A DNA stretch of 64,000 nucleotides. Origin: Eledone cirrhosa (Eukaryota). This document shows, one piece after another, positions 11,560-24,083 of this stretch. A program made the translations under genes and the position numbers. Position 1 is the first letter of the stretch. Every line of letters starts with the position of its first letter. The stretch lies in contig OZ024750.1 in the NCBI GenBank assembly GCA_964016885.1, positions 13,764,001 through 13,828,000 of the forward strand, written 5' to 3'. A model generated the notes under the pieces. The model ran no database searches. It was not told the origin of the DNA and saw only the letters and a program-made list of their open reading frames with translations.

Positions 11560-14500
11560 CTAACGAGAGAGAGAGAGCAAATAAGAATATAAGTCACGAC
11601 AAACAACAGTTTTAAGAATAGGTACAATAAATATTTTTAACAAACTTAAAAGTTTTAAATCTTCAAATGTGCAAAAATAAATTTTTTCTTTTACAAACCA
11701 CCTTTGAAAGATACAATTAGTAAGTTTAAATTTTTCTATACATATAAAAATGAGAAAACTCATTGCTAAGACAGCCATCAAAACAGCTAAATGCTGTCAA
11801 AAACAGCAATGGGCAAAAGTGCCTCAAAGAACAGAGACCAGTGGTCAACAGAGACAATCGACGAGCTGGAGGACAGGCAGATGAAATATAGAAAGACAGA
11901 GGAGGAGGAAAGAAGTGTGTTGGTGCACAGAAGTGACTGGAGGAAGGAAATAAGGTGATGTACAAGACAAGTTTACACACACACAACTTCACCCGCATCA
12001 GCTCTCAAACCAGCAAAATGGTTTCTATTTTATTAGATTAGCTAATTACTTTCTTGTAAAAAAAAACTTTTATAATCTCATGTATCTAGGATTAGGGATT
12101 AAGGTTCACAAAAAATAATTACAAGGAATTCACAAGAAACATAATAAAAAAAAACATTTCATACTTAAGTAGATATCTCAAGATTTTGAAAATATTATTA
12201 TTATTCAAAAGGTAACAGCTCATTTGAGAAATATTTAGTTTTTTTTTAATCAAATTTGGTTCTGTGAGTTACTCCTTTCTTCAGATTCCACTTAATTTTG
12301 TCCAAAAATAGAAATCTTGTGACAAATTAATACGTCCTATATATATTTACCTCAGATAAAAAATATACATTTTTGTACTGGCAAACCTACCTGCCATAGT
12401 AAGACTTTTGCCGATCACCACTCATAACTTCTTCCTCAGGTTCTGGAAGGACCTAAAACACACAAAAGAATATTTTTAGAAACTGTTCTGGTTTATGCTA
12501 GCATGGAAAGTGACCGTTAAACGATGATATATATATATATATATTGGCTGAGAATGTTGCTTTACAATTAATCCTATGCATGTGTTCCAAATGAATTTTG
12601 TTGTTTCCCCTGCCACCCAACAAGCTAGGCAGATTGTCATTTAGTTTCTGCAACCTTATAGCAACGGGCCACATAGGCAGATATGGATTTAATGATATAA
12701 ATTACATATATTCACAATATGATCTCAATATGTTCAATATATCACAAAACTTACCTTTGAAACTGAAGTATTGTTGAGATTTGAACTATCAACATTATCT
12801 GAAAGATAATTTTAAAACAAAAAAAGCTTCAAATAAAACATATAAAACAAAATTATGCATAAACTAAAATAAAACAGAAATTAATTACAATTTTAATCAG
12901 AAACTCATAGCTCCCATGATTACACATACATATATAACCATTTCTCTATATTTATAATTTTTAACTACCAAATTACCTCCCTTGCTTTTCCTTTACTACA
13001 TTATATATATATATATATATCTAAATCACCCCCGCCCCCTGTCATATATAACCCCTTTCTACTTCCCTTTTTGGAACTCTTTCACACATGAAGAAAAGAA
13101 AAAGAACACAGCTGTCTTACAAAAAGTCATCAATGTAGGCTGATGATTTTAGAACTGTCTCAGGAAAAATCCTGAAATAGGCAGCCAAATAATGTAGTTA
13201 AATAATGGCTTAGTTAGTGTAATAAATATCTGATTTGTATACCATAATTTGTTCCATGGATTGAGTACGCTCCCAACTTTGGATAATCCCACTCTCTGAA
13301 TATCAAATGTATTTACCCATACATACACACTGACTTTTATCAAGATGTAGTGTAGTATGAATGTTAAAAATGAAAACTAACCTGTATCTGGTTGAGATGT
13401 AATAGGAGGCAAACCCTAAAACATAAAATGGAGAAGAGAAATATTAGAAAACATGAAGTCCAAATATACAATGGTTAATATAGAAATAGAAAAACCCGGA
13501 TATTAGCTTGAAACAAAAAAACAGGAAATACTTTAAGAACATGAAAGATAAAATATACAAACTTCTCAGAAATTCATATTTTATAAAATATATTGAAAAG
13601 ATTAATTAGAGATGAGAGCTAAGAAAGGCTGAAGAAAGATGGTAGCATAAAAAGGATAAAGAAAAAAAAATATTGCATCATGTTGAAGGAAAAATACAAA
13701 ATGGTAATAAAAAAACTGAACAAGATTATTTCAAAATGTGCTTTATGTCTACAGAGGAACAATCCACCTGGATATCATCACCACTACCATTGCACAGAAC
13801 ATCCAAAAACATCTGTAATGTCTACACAGCAACAATCCACCTGGATATCATCGTCTCCACCATTGCACAGAACAACCCAAAACATATCTGTAATGCCTAC
13901 AGAGGAACAATCCACCTGCATTTGCTGAGATGAAACCTCTTAACTCACTGAAGTGAAACTGCTATTCTAAATCCAAAGTATACAAAATTACCTCCACTCC
14001 AAGGGGTTGGGAGAGAGTGAAGGGATATAGTGATAAGAACAGTACTAAAGATGGGTGGTTCTTGAGCAAAAGGGGCGATTGCAACTCAGAACATGTAAGA
14101 TAAGGGGGAGAAGGATGGAGTTAATAAGGGGTATATTGTTTACTTCTTACTAGATTACAAAAGCTAGATGTAGAAGCTGGCTCTTAGCAAAGTACTTCTG
14201 CAGTTGTCTCACAAGGAAGAGGGCATCAGTAGTACATCATCTTAGTTGAGAGCCAAACTGCATTTTATTTAGCTTAATTCTATCCCTAACCAGTTGTGCT
14301 ATAACCCTTTCAGTAACTCTCATGACCTCAATCTAGTACATCACCAAACACAAAGACAATGATCCTCATACTCATTGATTAACCCTTCAGCATTCCATGC
14401 TAGCAAAGGTTGGGTATGACACTGACCAGTCAGTACTCAAGACGGGCTTCTGGATTCTAGGTGAACCAGATGCCTGATATATGTTCCTGTGCTCATTTGT

Positions 14501-17500
14501 CAAGTGCATTTTATCATGGGACCAACACTAGGGATGTTATGTCTTTGCCATAGATGAAGAATATTTCCAACCTTTTGTTTGGCAGGTCTCCTATGGCAGG
14601 ATGCCCTTCCTATCACCAACCACTTGACAGAGTGTACTGGGTGATTGTTTATCATTCAGATCACCAACTCTAGGGAGGTTGTAATGTCTGTGGCACAACC
14701 GAAGAGTCCTCCTGGCAATGTTTGGCAAGTTTTCCATGGCTGGATGCCCTTCCTATCCCCAACCATTTTACATAGAAAAAAATATTGGGTGAATTTGTCA
14801 TTTAATTTACCAGCACTAGAGAAGCTGCCGTATTCTTGACACAACTTGAGAGTCCTCACAACCCTGTAGGCATATGTATGTGTGTGTGTGCATATTAGAG
14901 ATGAATGAGGGACAGGGGGAAAGAAGGATAGAGAGATGGAGAGGGGAGATAGAGAAAGAGAGAAGAGAGAAGAGAGGAAGAAATAGGAGAGTGAGAAGAC
15001 AACGGAAATAAACCTTGAGAATTTTAAATAATATACTGCATAAGCCAAACAGATGAAGAAAATAATAGGAAATAAATTATGTCAGTAATTATTATTATTA
15101 TTATTATTAATTAAGCAAAAAAAAAAGAGAAAAATGGCCAATTGAGTTTGAAGCTAGTTAACAAGCTCCCACTACCAGGTAAAAAAAAAACAAAAAACCA
15201 ACACCAGTTTAGAGGCTGGCAAGCAAGTGAGGCTCTTTAGAGATACCAGAACCACAATCTTACCCCAATTTGACGAATATCAAGAGAAGCACAACGACGG
15301 TGTTTCTCTACCATGGGAGCTTGTAATTTAATGGCTGGTGTAAGTGAGGTAGATTCGTCAGGAAGGTCAAGAGAAACAAGATCCTTGGAAGAGAAATCAG
15401 TAAATCGGAAAATCTTTTCTGACTGCATACCTCCAAATCCAAGTAACATATCTCTGCTTTGCTTAGAAACCTGATGAAGGTAGATTAATAGTTTGATAAC
15501 CTTGGTTTATAAACTGCTTCCAATTCTATAGATTTCAGAATAACAACAAATGTACAACAAATGTACAACATATACACAATGACAATATCTCCAAGATCTC
15601 TTCTTTTCTGTCCCGGAACTCCTGACGGAGCTGTTGGGGCGCCGTATTGACATACAGTGTCTCTTGGACATTTCAAAACTGGCAGAGCCCATCTCCTCTC
15701 CAGGCCTGAGTACAGCAGATTTCTTCCAGAGAAGGATAACGGGATTGAGAGAGAGGAAGTGAGAAAGAGATACAGAGGAAGAATTGACCCCAGTACTATA
15801 CTGGTACTTTTTTTATTGACCTCAGAAGGATGAAAGGCAAAGTTGACCTCGGCGGAATTTGAACTGAGAGAGCAAAGAGCCAAAAGAGAATACCATTAAG
15901 TATTCTATCCAACGTTCTAATGACTCTGCCAATTCATTGCCTATCTCCAAGATACTTATATCTATATTTGTTCATAATTGTGATTACTATAAAAGTCAAT
16001 ATAACAAAATTATCAGTTTTGTAATATGTTGTTTATGTATGAGGGAGGCAGAGGTGGGTGAGACCAACCATAAAATGGAATTATGTCTACCTCAAACTTT
16101 TGTAGAATACTACTGAAAATTTAGAATAGAGAAATATTGATCCCCAAAGCCATATTATATAGGTGTGTATAGGATTTTATCTATTTCAAGGGATAAAAGT
16201 GTAAAGTTAAATCAGCAGTCCACCCAGAAAGGTCATTGGTCATAAAAGCACCAGCTACAAGAATCCATGGTATGGTTCAAATTTGAAAGCTTCCTTAAAA
16301 CTAAGCAAGGTGGTATGTGCTGCACACATGCACAAACATTTTAAGACTATTCTAAAGGAAATCAATTGATTGATTGATCAGTTATTGTAGCTGTTACTTT
16401 TAACACTATTTTGTCAAAGTAGTTTAGGACTCTGGATTTTAATTGCCTTTGAGATTAAAACAAATTTTTCTATTAGTATATTATAAAGATATAAAATTAA
16501 TCAGAATTGAATTAGACAAGTAGATCTGCTTCATCAAAAATTAATTTACCATATACACTTGCATATAAGTCAGTCTGAATATAAGTAAACTCTCTACTTT
16601 TTGTCTGAGAAATGGGCAAAAATCCTTATGTTTAGATGGCACAGTTTTAGAAATTCTCACAAGTGGAGAATATATTTATGAAGTTTTAATATTTCGATAT
16701 CTAAAATGGTTTTAAGTGCTGTTTAGTATATGGTTTGTGTTTCATAACTCCATTACATAATGATTTCTTTACCATTTCATCTGTTTTATGAATTTTCAAC
16801 AAATTTTTCAAACAATAGCACCATCATATGAATGTAGCAAGTTCTTATGATTTAAATGCTAGAGATAGAGAGATATTGAAAAATAAAGAGTGCTTTACAG
16901 CTAAGTTCATGAGAGTTACCATAACTGAAAAAAAAAGAGATGCAAAACGGCTGTGAAGTTAGAGCACTGGAATACAGACTGTAAGTTTTACTACAACAAT
17001 AACTATTGTGTTGTGAAAGGCACAATATCCTGTTTGCATCAGTTTATTTGACTAACAAAAACTAAATTCTAATTCTATTACATTGTTAAGTAGTTTCAAT
17101 TTATTTTTTTTTAAAAAGGAAGAAAACTGAATTATCTTAGCAGCATAAAAAAAATCATTTAAAAAATACGTGGAAGAAATTACCATAACATTGGTGGAAG
17201 TAACTACCATAAAATGAAGTCAGTCTTACTTTCATAAACAAACTTTGATTGCAACAACAAAACAAGTATTTTAAGCCTTGTGGGCTCCATGACAGACTTG
17301 ACTGCAAATCTATCACTTTATTACTATGAAGCCACAAGGATATGTATTTATATTTATAGGATCTTGACATGCTAATAAATTAACAAAATATTTCAGAATA
17401 AATGCTCCACTAAATGAGGAAATTTATTATGTATATAAATAGTGTCTGTTGGATTTAAACTGTAATACATGCTTAAATGATGTCTTACTTATGTGAGCCC

Positions 17501-20500
17501 TTTTTATTCTTTATTACTTCCGAGGTGTAAGCCAAGTAAACTGACCTTAAGACAAAACAGTAGCAGTAGTAGTAAAATTCAAACTCACCTTAACTTCACA
17601 GCTATGTTGCTTCTTCAATATAATATATAGAAATTTTGAAATATAGCAATATTTCAACATTAAAGCAAATCTTTCAACTGAAAATGCCTCACATTATTTA
17701 GGTCTACATATCTCTTTAACGACATGCAGATACGATATTGAAAAAGAAAACATGAATGTTAAAGATGGTAAGAATGAATTAGATTTATAGAAGCTACATA
17801 CATCTTTAGGAGATGTCCGAGGTGGCACTGCAGGAGGTGGTAACAATGCTGAAGTGCCTGAAAATAAGTAAAAGACATCATCCAAACTGCTCAAAATATT
17901 TCATACATTAAAGAATTTAGATTTCAAAGTAAATACAAACTGACAAATATAGAAGAAAACGAGAAACATTTTCCACATAAGGTTTATATTTACAACAGGT
18001 AGAAACTAATAAATAGAACATTCAGTAAAATAAAATAATAAAGAAAAATAGAGACTATATTCATTGTGAGAAAAAGAATAATGATTAGCATTTACAGTTT
18101 AGAAAATTAGAAAATTATGAAGTATAATTGACTTTTGTTACTGAATAGAAAAGCAGCAATTCACACAAAAACAAAACTAACAGAAAAGAACAACAGCAAA
18201 TAAATAAATAAAAATATACAAAGAAGGTGTTTGGTGAGGTTAAGAGGGGAATGATGCAAATATTAATAAAATTGTGATAGTCAAGCATCAATAGGTGATG
18301 GGTTGGTAATTTCACTTGTTAGGATTAATGTAGTGATATTAGTAGTGATGGTAATGGTGAGGCTGTGTGGCAGGGTACATAGACGTAATAAAAGTTTTGA
18401 TATTTTTAATGATTCAATTAGTTTTAATTGAAAAGAATAAATATATATATATATATAAAGTATAAACTAACATTTTCTGACTGACAAGGCGAGTACTATG
18501 GAAAGAAATATAAAGGATTTCTGGGATAAAAATAAAGAGTTACTAACAATAAGGAAAAGGGAGTAAAGATTATATTGAGTACTAATTCTTCTTGAATGGT
18601 AACTGTTGTAGGGAAAAACCATGAACACCCCCACGTAACTAAAAGTGAACTAGGCGAAATGTCTATAAATAATAACTAAAGTGAACTGTCAGTAGACTGT
18701 ATATGGAATCTCATTGCATTGATCTCTTTGGTAGTTCAAAATTACGTCTGGTGAATACTTTGGTTTTACCTTTGTCTATACAGATATACTAACAGGTGTA
18801 ACACCCTATTTTAACAGGAACCATTTCTTTTATTCAAGATTCTCAACTAAAAAATATGATTTCTTCACATCATATTTGAGTAAATGTTCTAAAGTATGGA
18901 GTCAATAGTATTATAGTAAACTACTAGCAAGCCAAGTCTGAAACTTCATTTCATTTCCAGGTTAAAGCTGTTTCGCTGCTCTTCACCTTGGCTGCTCAAT
19001 GCTTAACCCTTTAGCATTTAAACCAGCTGTATCACTTCTTTCTGTTCAAACCGGCTGTAACTGGCCACTCATACTGATGTTAAGGTATTGTTCTCAAAAT
19101 AAATAATAATCAAAAACTCAGATTCGATATTATGTGAGATAACTATGTGAGAGAGATAAAGCCTTTACCATGAAAATACAATAGTAAATATAGAGTAATG
19201 TAAATACTAAAGGGTTAAACAATTTCCTCCATCCTCTATAAATACGTGACCTAGTGACTATGTGAGCAATCAATATCCTCAGCATTCCTATAAATATGAA
19301 GGGCTTCACTGTACGACACTGGTACTTTATTTCATCAACCCTGTAAAGACGAAAGGCAAAGTTAACCTTGATGGGATTTGAATTCAGAATGTAAAGGGCC
19401 ATAACTATGTTGCAAAGAATGTTAGCTGACACTCTACTGATACTGCCAATCCGCCGTCCTTTGTATAGCATTAATAATAATATAAAAGCTTTACTAAAAA
19501 TAATGGTAAAAATGTAATAAAAAAGGTAAAAACACAAGAGGTAGTGATGGTAGTGCTAACAACACAAATATAGAACTTCACTAAACCTAGGTGATTTTTA
19601 GTGTTTCTCAACACAGAAAAGGCAAAGCAAATGATTGAAATGTATACAAACCTTCACCACATGCACACACTATAAAGTGTGTGTATACATATACACAAAC
19701 ATACACACATACACACTCAGAGAGTTTAATGAAGGGGATTGCAAAGGTAAAGCAAAACAGAGCAAAAGTTCATTCTTTTTTTTTTTCCATCCCTTCCAAA
19801 CCCTGAAATCCTAAAACAGAAAGTGGGTTCAGATATAATGCTGTGATAAATAAAAGTGGGGGAAAAGCTTGTAATTTTGAGCTGAATCAAAATATGAGCT
19901 GGGTTAAAATATTATTGGTCAATGTTAGCTAGAACTGGTCAGTAAATATAAATAAATAAAAGTTATTGTGTGATTAGTATTATGAGATGATTTTGAAAAG
20001 TAGGACCTACCCACATCACCTTTCATTTTTAAGTCAACAGAAATGCTCCGTCCATGTGACTGGATTGGCCGAGGGGGAAGTCTTGGAGGTCCAAACTGTC
20101 CCCCTGTAGTGGCTGGACTTTCAGGAGTCACAGTCTGCTGGACTGTGGTTGTGGCTGTAGCTGTCATGTTGGTGGAGGCCATGGTCCCTGCTGGCCCTTT
20201 GTCAGAGTTACCAGTGTTGGTCATCTGGTCCCCACCTCCAGTACAAGGGGCTGGAGGAGGTTGGAGGTGCCCAGGTCCAGCAACTGAGGAAACAGTGCAC
20301 ATTTAGCCAGCTCAAATAACTGAAGTAAGACAGCTTCATACAAACAATATAGTGAGAAGGTACCCAACTTAGAGAAAATCAATGTTTAATATAATAAGAC
20401 ACTTACCCTAATAAAATAATAAAATGCTGCTAAAAACAATTTTTTTTTTTTAAACATTAAAATCAAAATAAAAAAAAAACAAAGAAACAATGTTCAACAA

Positions 20501-23500
20501 AAGAAAAAATATAAAATAAAATGATAACATCTATTTCTCTAGAGATGTGAACTTTCCAGTTTGTACAGTATACTTTTCCTTGGATTTTCTCTTTCTCACC
20601 TTCTTATCACATTGTTTTTCACTCTTATAAGTGTACCTTGTATTAAAACTGAGCAACGGGATTATCATTAATCATAATGAGATGGTAATGTTCAGTTTTT
20701 ATCATCTTCAAATAATAACCACTTGGACAAAATAACTTTTGCATTTTATATCCGATATATTTCCACCACATTTCTGTTGTAACAATTTGAAATTAATACA
20801 CCATGATTGACCATTTAAGCGTGTAGATACCCCATCAATAAGGCAAGCAGATTTGATTTGTCTTGAAGAATTAAAATAGGGGAATATTTATATGCATCAT
20901 CAACCACACAAAATCAAATTAAATAACAACAGCAAAGAAAACACAAGAGGGAAGGAGAGGTGATCTAGAAGTTAATATTATATAAAGAGTGTGTATGTAG
21001 ACATTACACACAAAAAACACACACACAGACACACACACTCAATCATCATTATCACCACCACTACTACCATTGTCATCAATTCACATCCAACTTTCATAGT
21101 GGCATGGGATGGCTATGTCATCATGATCCAAATCAGTTTTTATTCAGGGTTTCTGCCAGCCTCAATAAATTGGAGGATCATGACTTTCTTGTACATTCCA
21201 AATTGGGCATTCTTTCTATGACTGGATACCCTTGCAACTACATTACAGTGTTTGCTAGGAATATTTTACCATATCCTCATCACTAAAAAAAGAAGCTGTT
21301 ATGTCCTCATGATCCTATGTTATCTCTACTTATTTACCAACCTTTTAGCAGAGTCCACTAGGTGCATTTTATCATAGTGCCAGCACTAGTGAGGTTACTG
21401 TAGCAGAGTTTACTGGGTACATTTTATTGTAGTACCAGTGAAGTTATCTTAGCAGAGCCACTGGGGGCATTTTATCATAGCACCAACACCAGCAAAGTTA
21501 CCTTAACAGAGTTCACTGGGTACATTTTATTGTAGCACCAGCACTAGTGAAGTCACTACTCTCTGTTGTCTCCATTCATTGATGAAGTGAGCAACACATG
21601 AGATGTATTGATAGACACAATTGAATGTGGTCATTGGAGCACTTTCACTGCCTCATCTGCCTCAAGACATGGGATGTATTGATAGATGCAACTGACCATG
21701 GTCATTGGAGCACTTTGGCTGCCACATGTGTCTCAAGACGCAGGAGCTTCTAAGTCTAAGTGAAGAAATGAATTGGATAGCGAGTGAGAGGTTATCAAGG
21801 AGGGCAGTACATGAAGACTTATCAAGGTCATATTGGACAAAAGACCTAAATGAAGATATATTGCACCAGCCATATCCATTACCATCACAATGCTCCAACT
21901 CTGTGAAAATATAGGGGAGATATTTTCTGTCTCCACCAGTCTTTGAACCTGAATGTGTGTGTGTGTGTAGTTGTGTATTTGGTTATTGTTATCGTGGTAG
22001 TAACAACAACAATGATGTTGGTGGTGGTGATGATGATGATAATGCAAGCATCAACTTTAGAATGTTCCAAATGCAGCACAAATGAAACAATAACACAGAT
22101 AAAAAACAGCCCTCCTTCCATGCTAAAAAAAATTAGGCTTGAAAAAAAACTAGCCAAAAATATCATTAAAGGCAGCCTTGAATTAAATAAGGTAAAAAAA
22201 GTAGAGTAAAGCATTTAACAACTGACAGGAAAATTAAAAAAGAAAGAGCAAAAATAGTGCAAACAAAAAGCAAGTATATAAAAGTAGTAAAGTGGTAATC
22301 TTAGTAGTGATGTAAATACTTGTAAACTTAAGGGAAATATTTAAACAGTAAAATAGATTCAATTCTGTGGACTTAACAGCATAGCAAGAGAAACATTTAT
22401 TTTAGAGTTCCGAATAATGTTATTTTGCAAGAGTTAATGAATAAAATAAAATTAGAAAGAAGTAAATAGGGTTATTAAAAGACACTACAGATAAAGACAA
22501 TAATTTTTCTTCTTTTCTTTTAAACTTAGATTTTAAAAAGAAACCGAATGAGAATTTGATAAACAAGTTTTATGGTATTTTAGAAAGAGCAAAAAATGGT
22601 TTACCAGAAAAAAAAAAAAAAAAAGCACTAAGTTTTATGAATATATTCTAATCATTCATAAATTAAAATTAACACTGGAAACTTTTTAATTTCTTTCTTA
22701 ATCATAAGGCCAAAAATTTAAAGATATAAAATGAAATTGTGTGAAGCTCAGTGGTATAATTAACAGAGAATTGACTTCAATGAGGAATGTTATGAACTCT
22801 ATAGTATGCTCTATTCAGACCCCTAACCATATTGTTATATGCTTCCCAGCTAAATGTAGAAAGTAATTTCAAACACAAATTAAGATTATATCCTCAATAG
22901 GTTCTATTATTTTATACATATATAATCAAAGTTACACTTTCCTGAATCACACTGACCAGTTTCTTTCCCCATGTCCTATGACAGTCACAATTATTTTAGT
23001 ACCTACCCTTTTGTACACCCTTAACCCTTTAGCATTTAAACCGGCCATATCCAGCCAGAATTCTTTCACCTCTTTCTGTTCAAACCGGCTGTAACCAGCT
23101 GCTGATGTTAAGGTATTGTTTTCAAAATAAATAAAATCAAATTCTCATAGATTTGATATTATGTGCGATAATTATCTGGTATAAAGCCTTATGTGAGATA
23201 ATTATCTTGTGTAAAGATATTATGTGAGATAATTATCTGGTGAAAATACAATAGTAAATACAGAGTAATGAACAGAAGGAGGTGAGAGAATTCTGGCTAT
23301 ATATGGCTGGTTTAAATAGTAACGGGTTAATGTAACGGGAAACAAAACAATAAAAAAAAAAGGATGTGATAATGTGATAGAGTGAAAGTGTACATAAAAA
23401 CAACATTTTAAAGAACTACCATGAAAACAATATAGCTTTTCAATGTAAACAATACATATATATATAGTTATACTTTGTGGGGGTCATTTTGTCAATAAAA

Positions 23501-24023
23501 ACACACGCACCTGTTGGTTTTAACTTCAATTTATTATAAATTTCCAGTTGGTTGGTTGGTTGGTTCGATAACCGGATAGTTTATATATTGTCAGAGCTCT
23601 TTCGTCACACATTCTGAGACCTCCCCAGTGACTGCTTTATTTTTTGTGTCTCTCCTTTGTTCTGTCCTACACCGAATTGAAGCGAAAGCCAACAGGTGCG
23701 TGTGTTTTTATTGGCAAACACGACCCCACCCCAAAGTATGACAATATCTGTTTCAATACACGTTTTCAGATAAGAAATCTTGCAAAACAAATTCAAAAAA
23801 CGAAATACATATATAATATAAAATAATAGGGTAAAACATTAATGAACACTAATGAGCGAGGAGGAGGAGGAAGAGGCTGCCAATGATATTCACAAAAGTC
23901 ACAAAAGAAACAAGCAAAGGAGGCCCAACTAACCAATAAGTTACATGCAGGAGGAGAATATAACAGCTCCCAAGAAACGCGTTCATTGTGGAGCAGAGTC
24001 TTGATAGCAAGTTGGATATTTGG

Positions 24024-24083
<60 letters not shown>

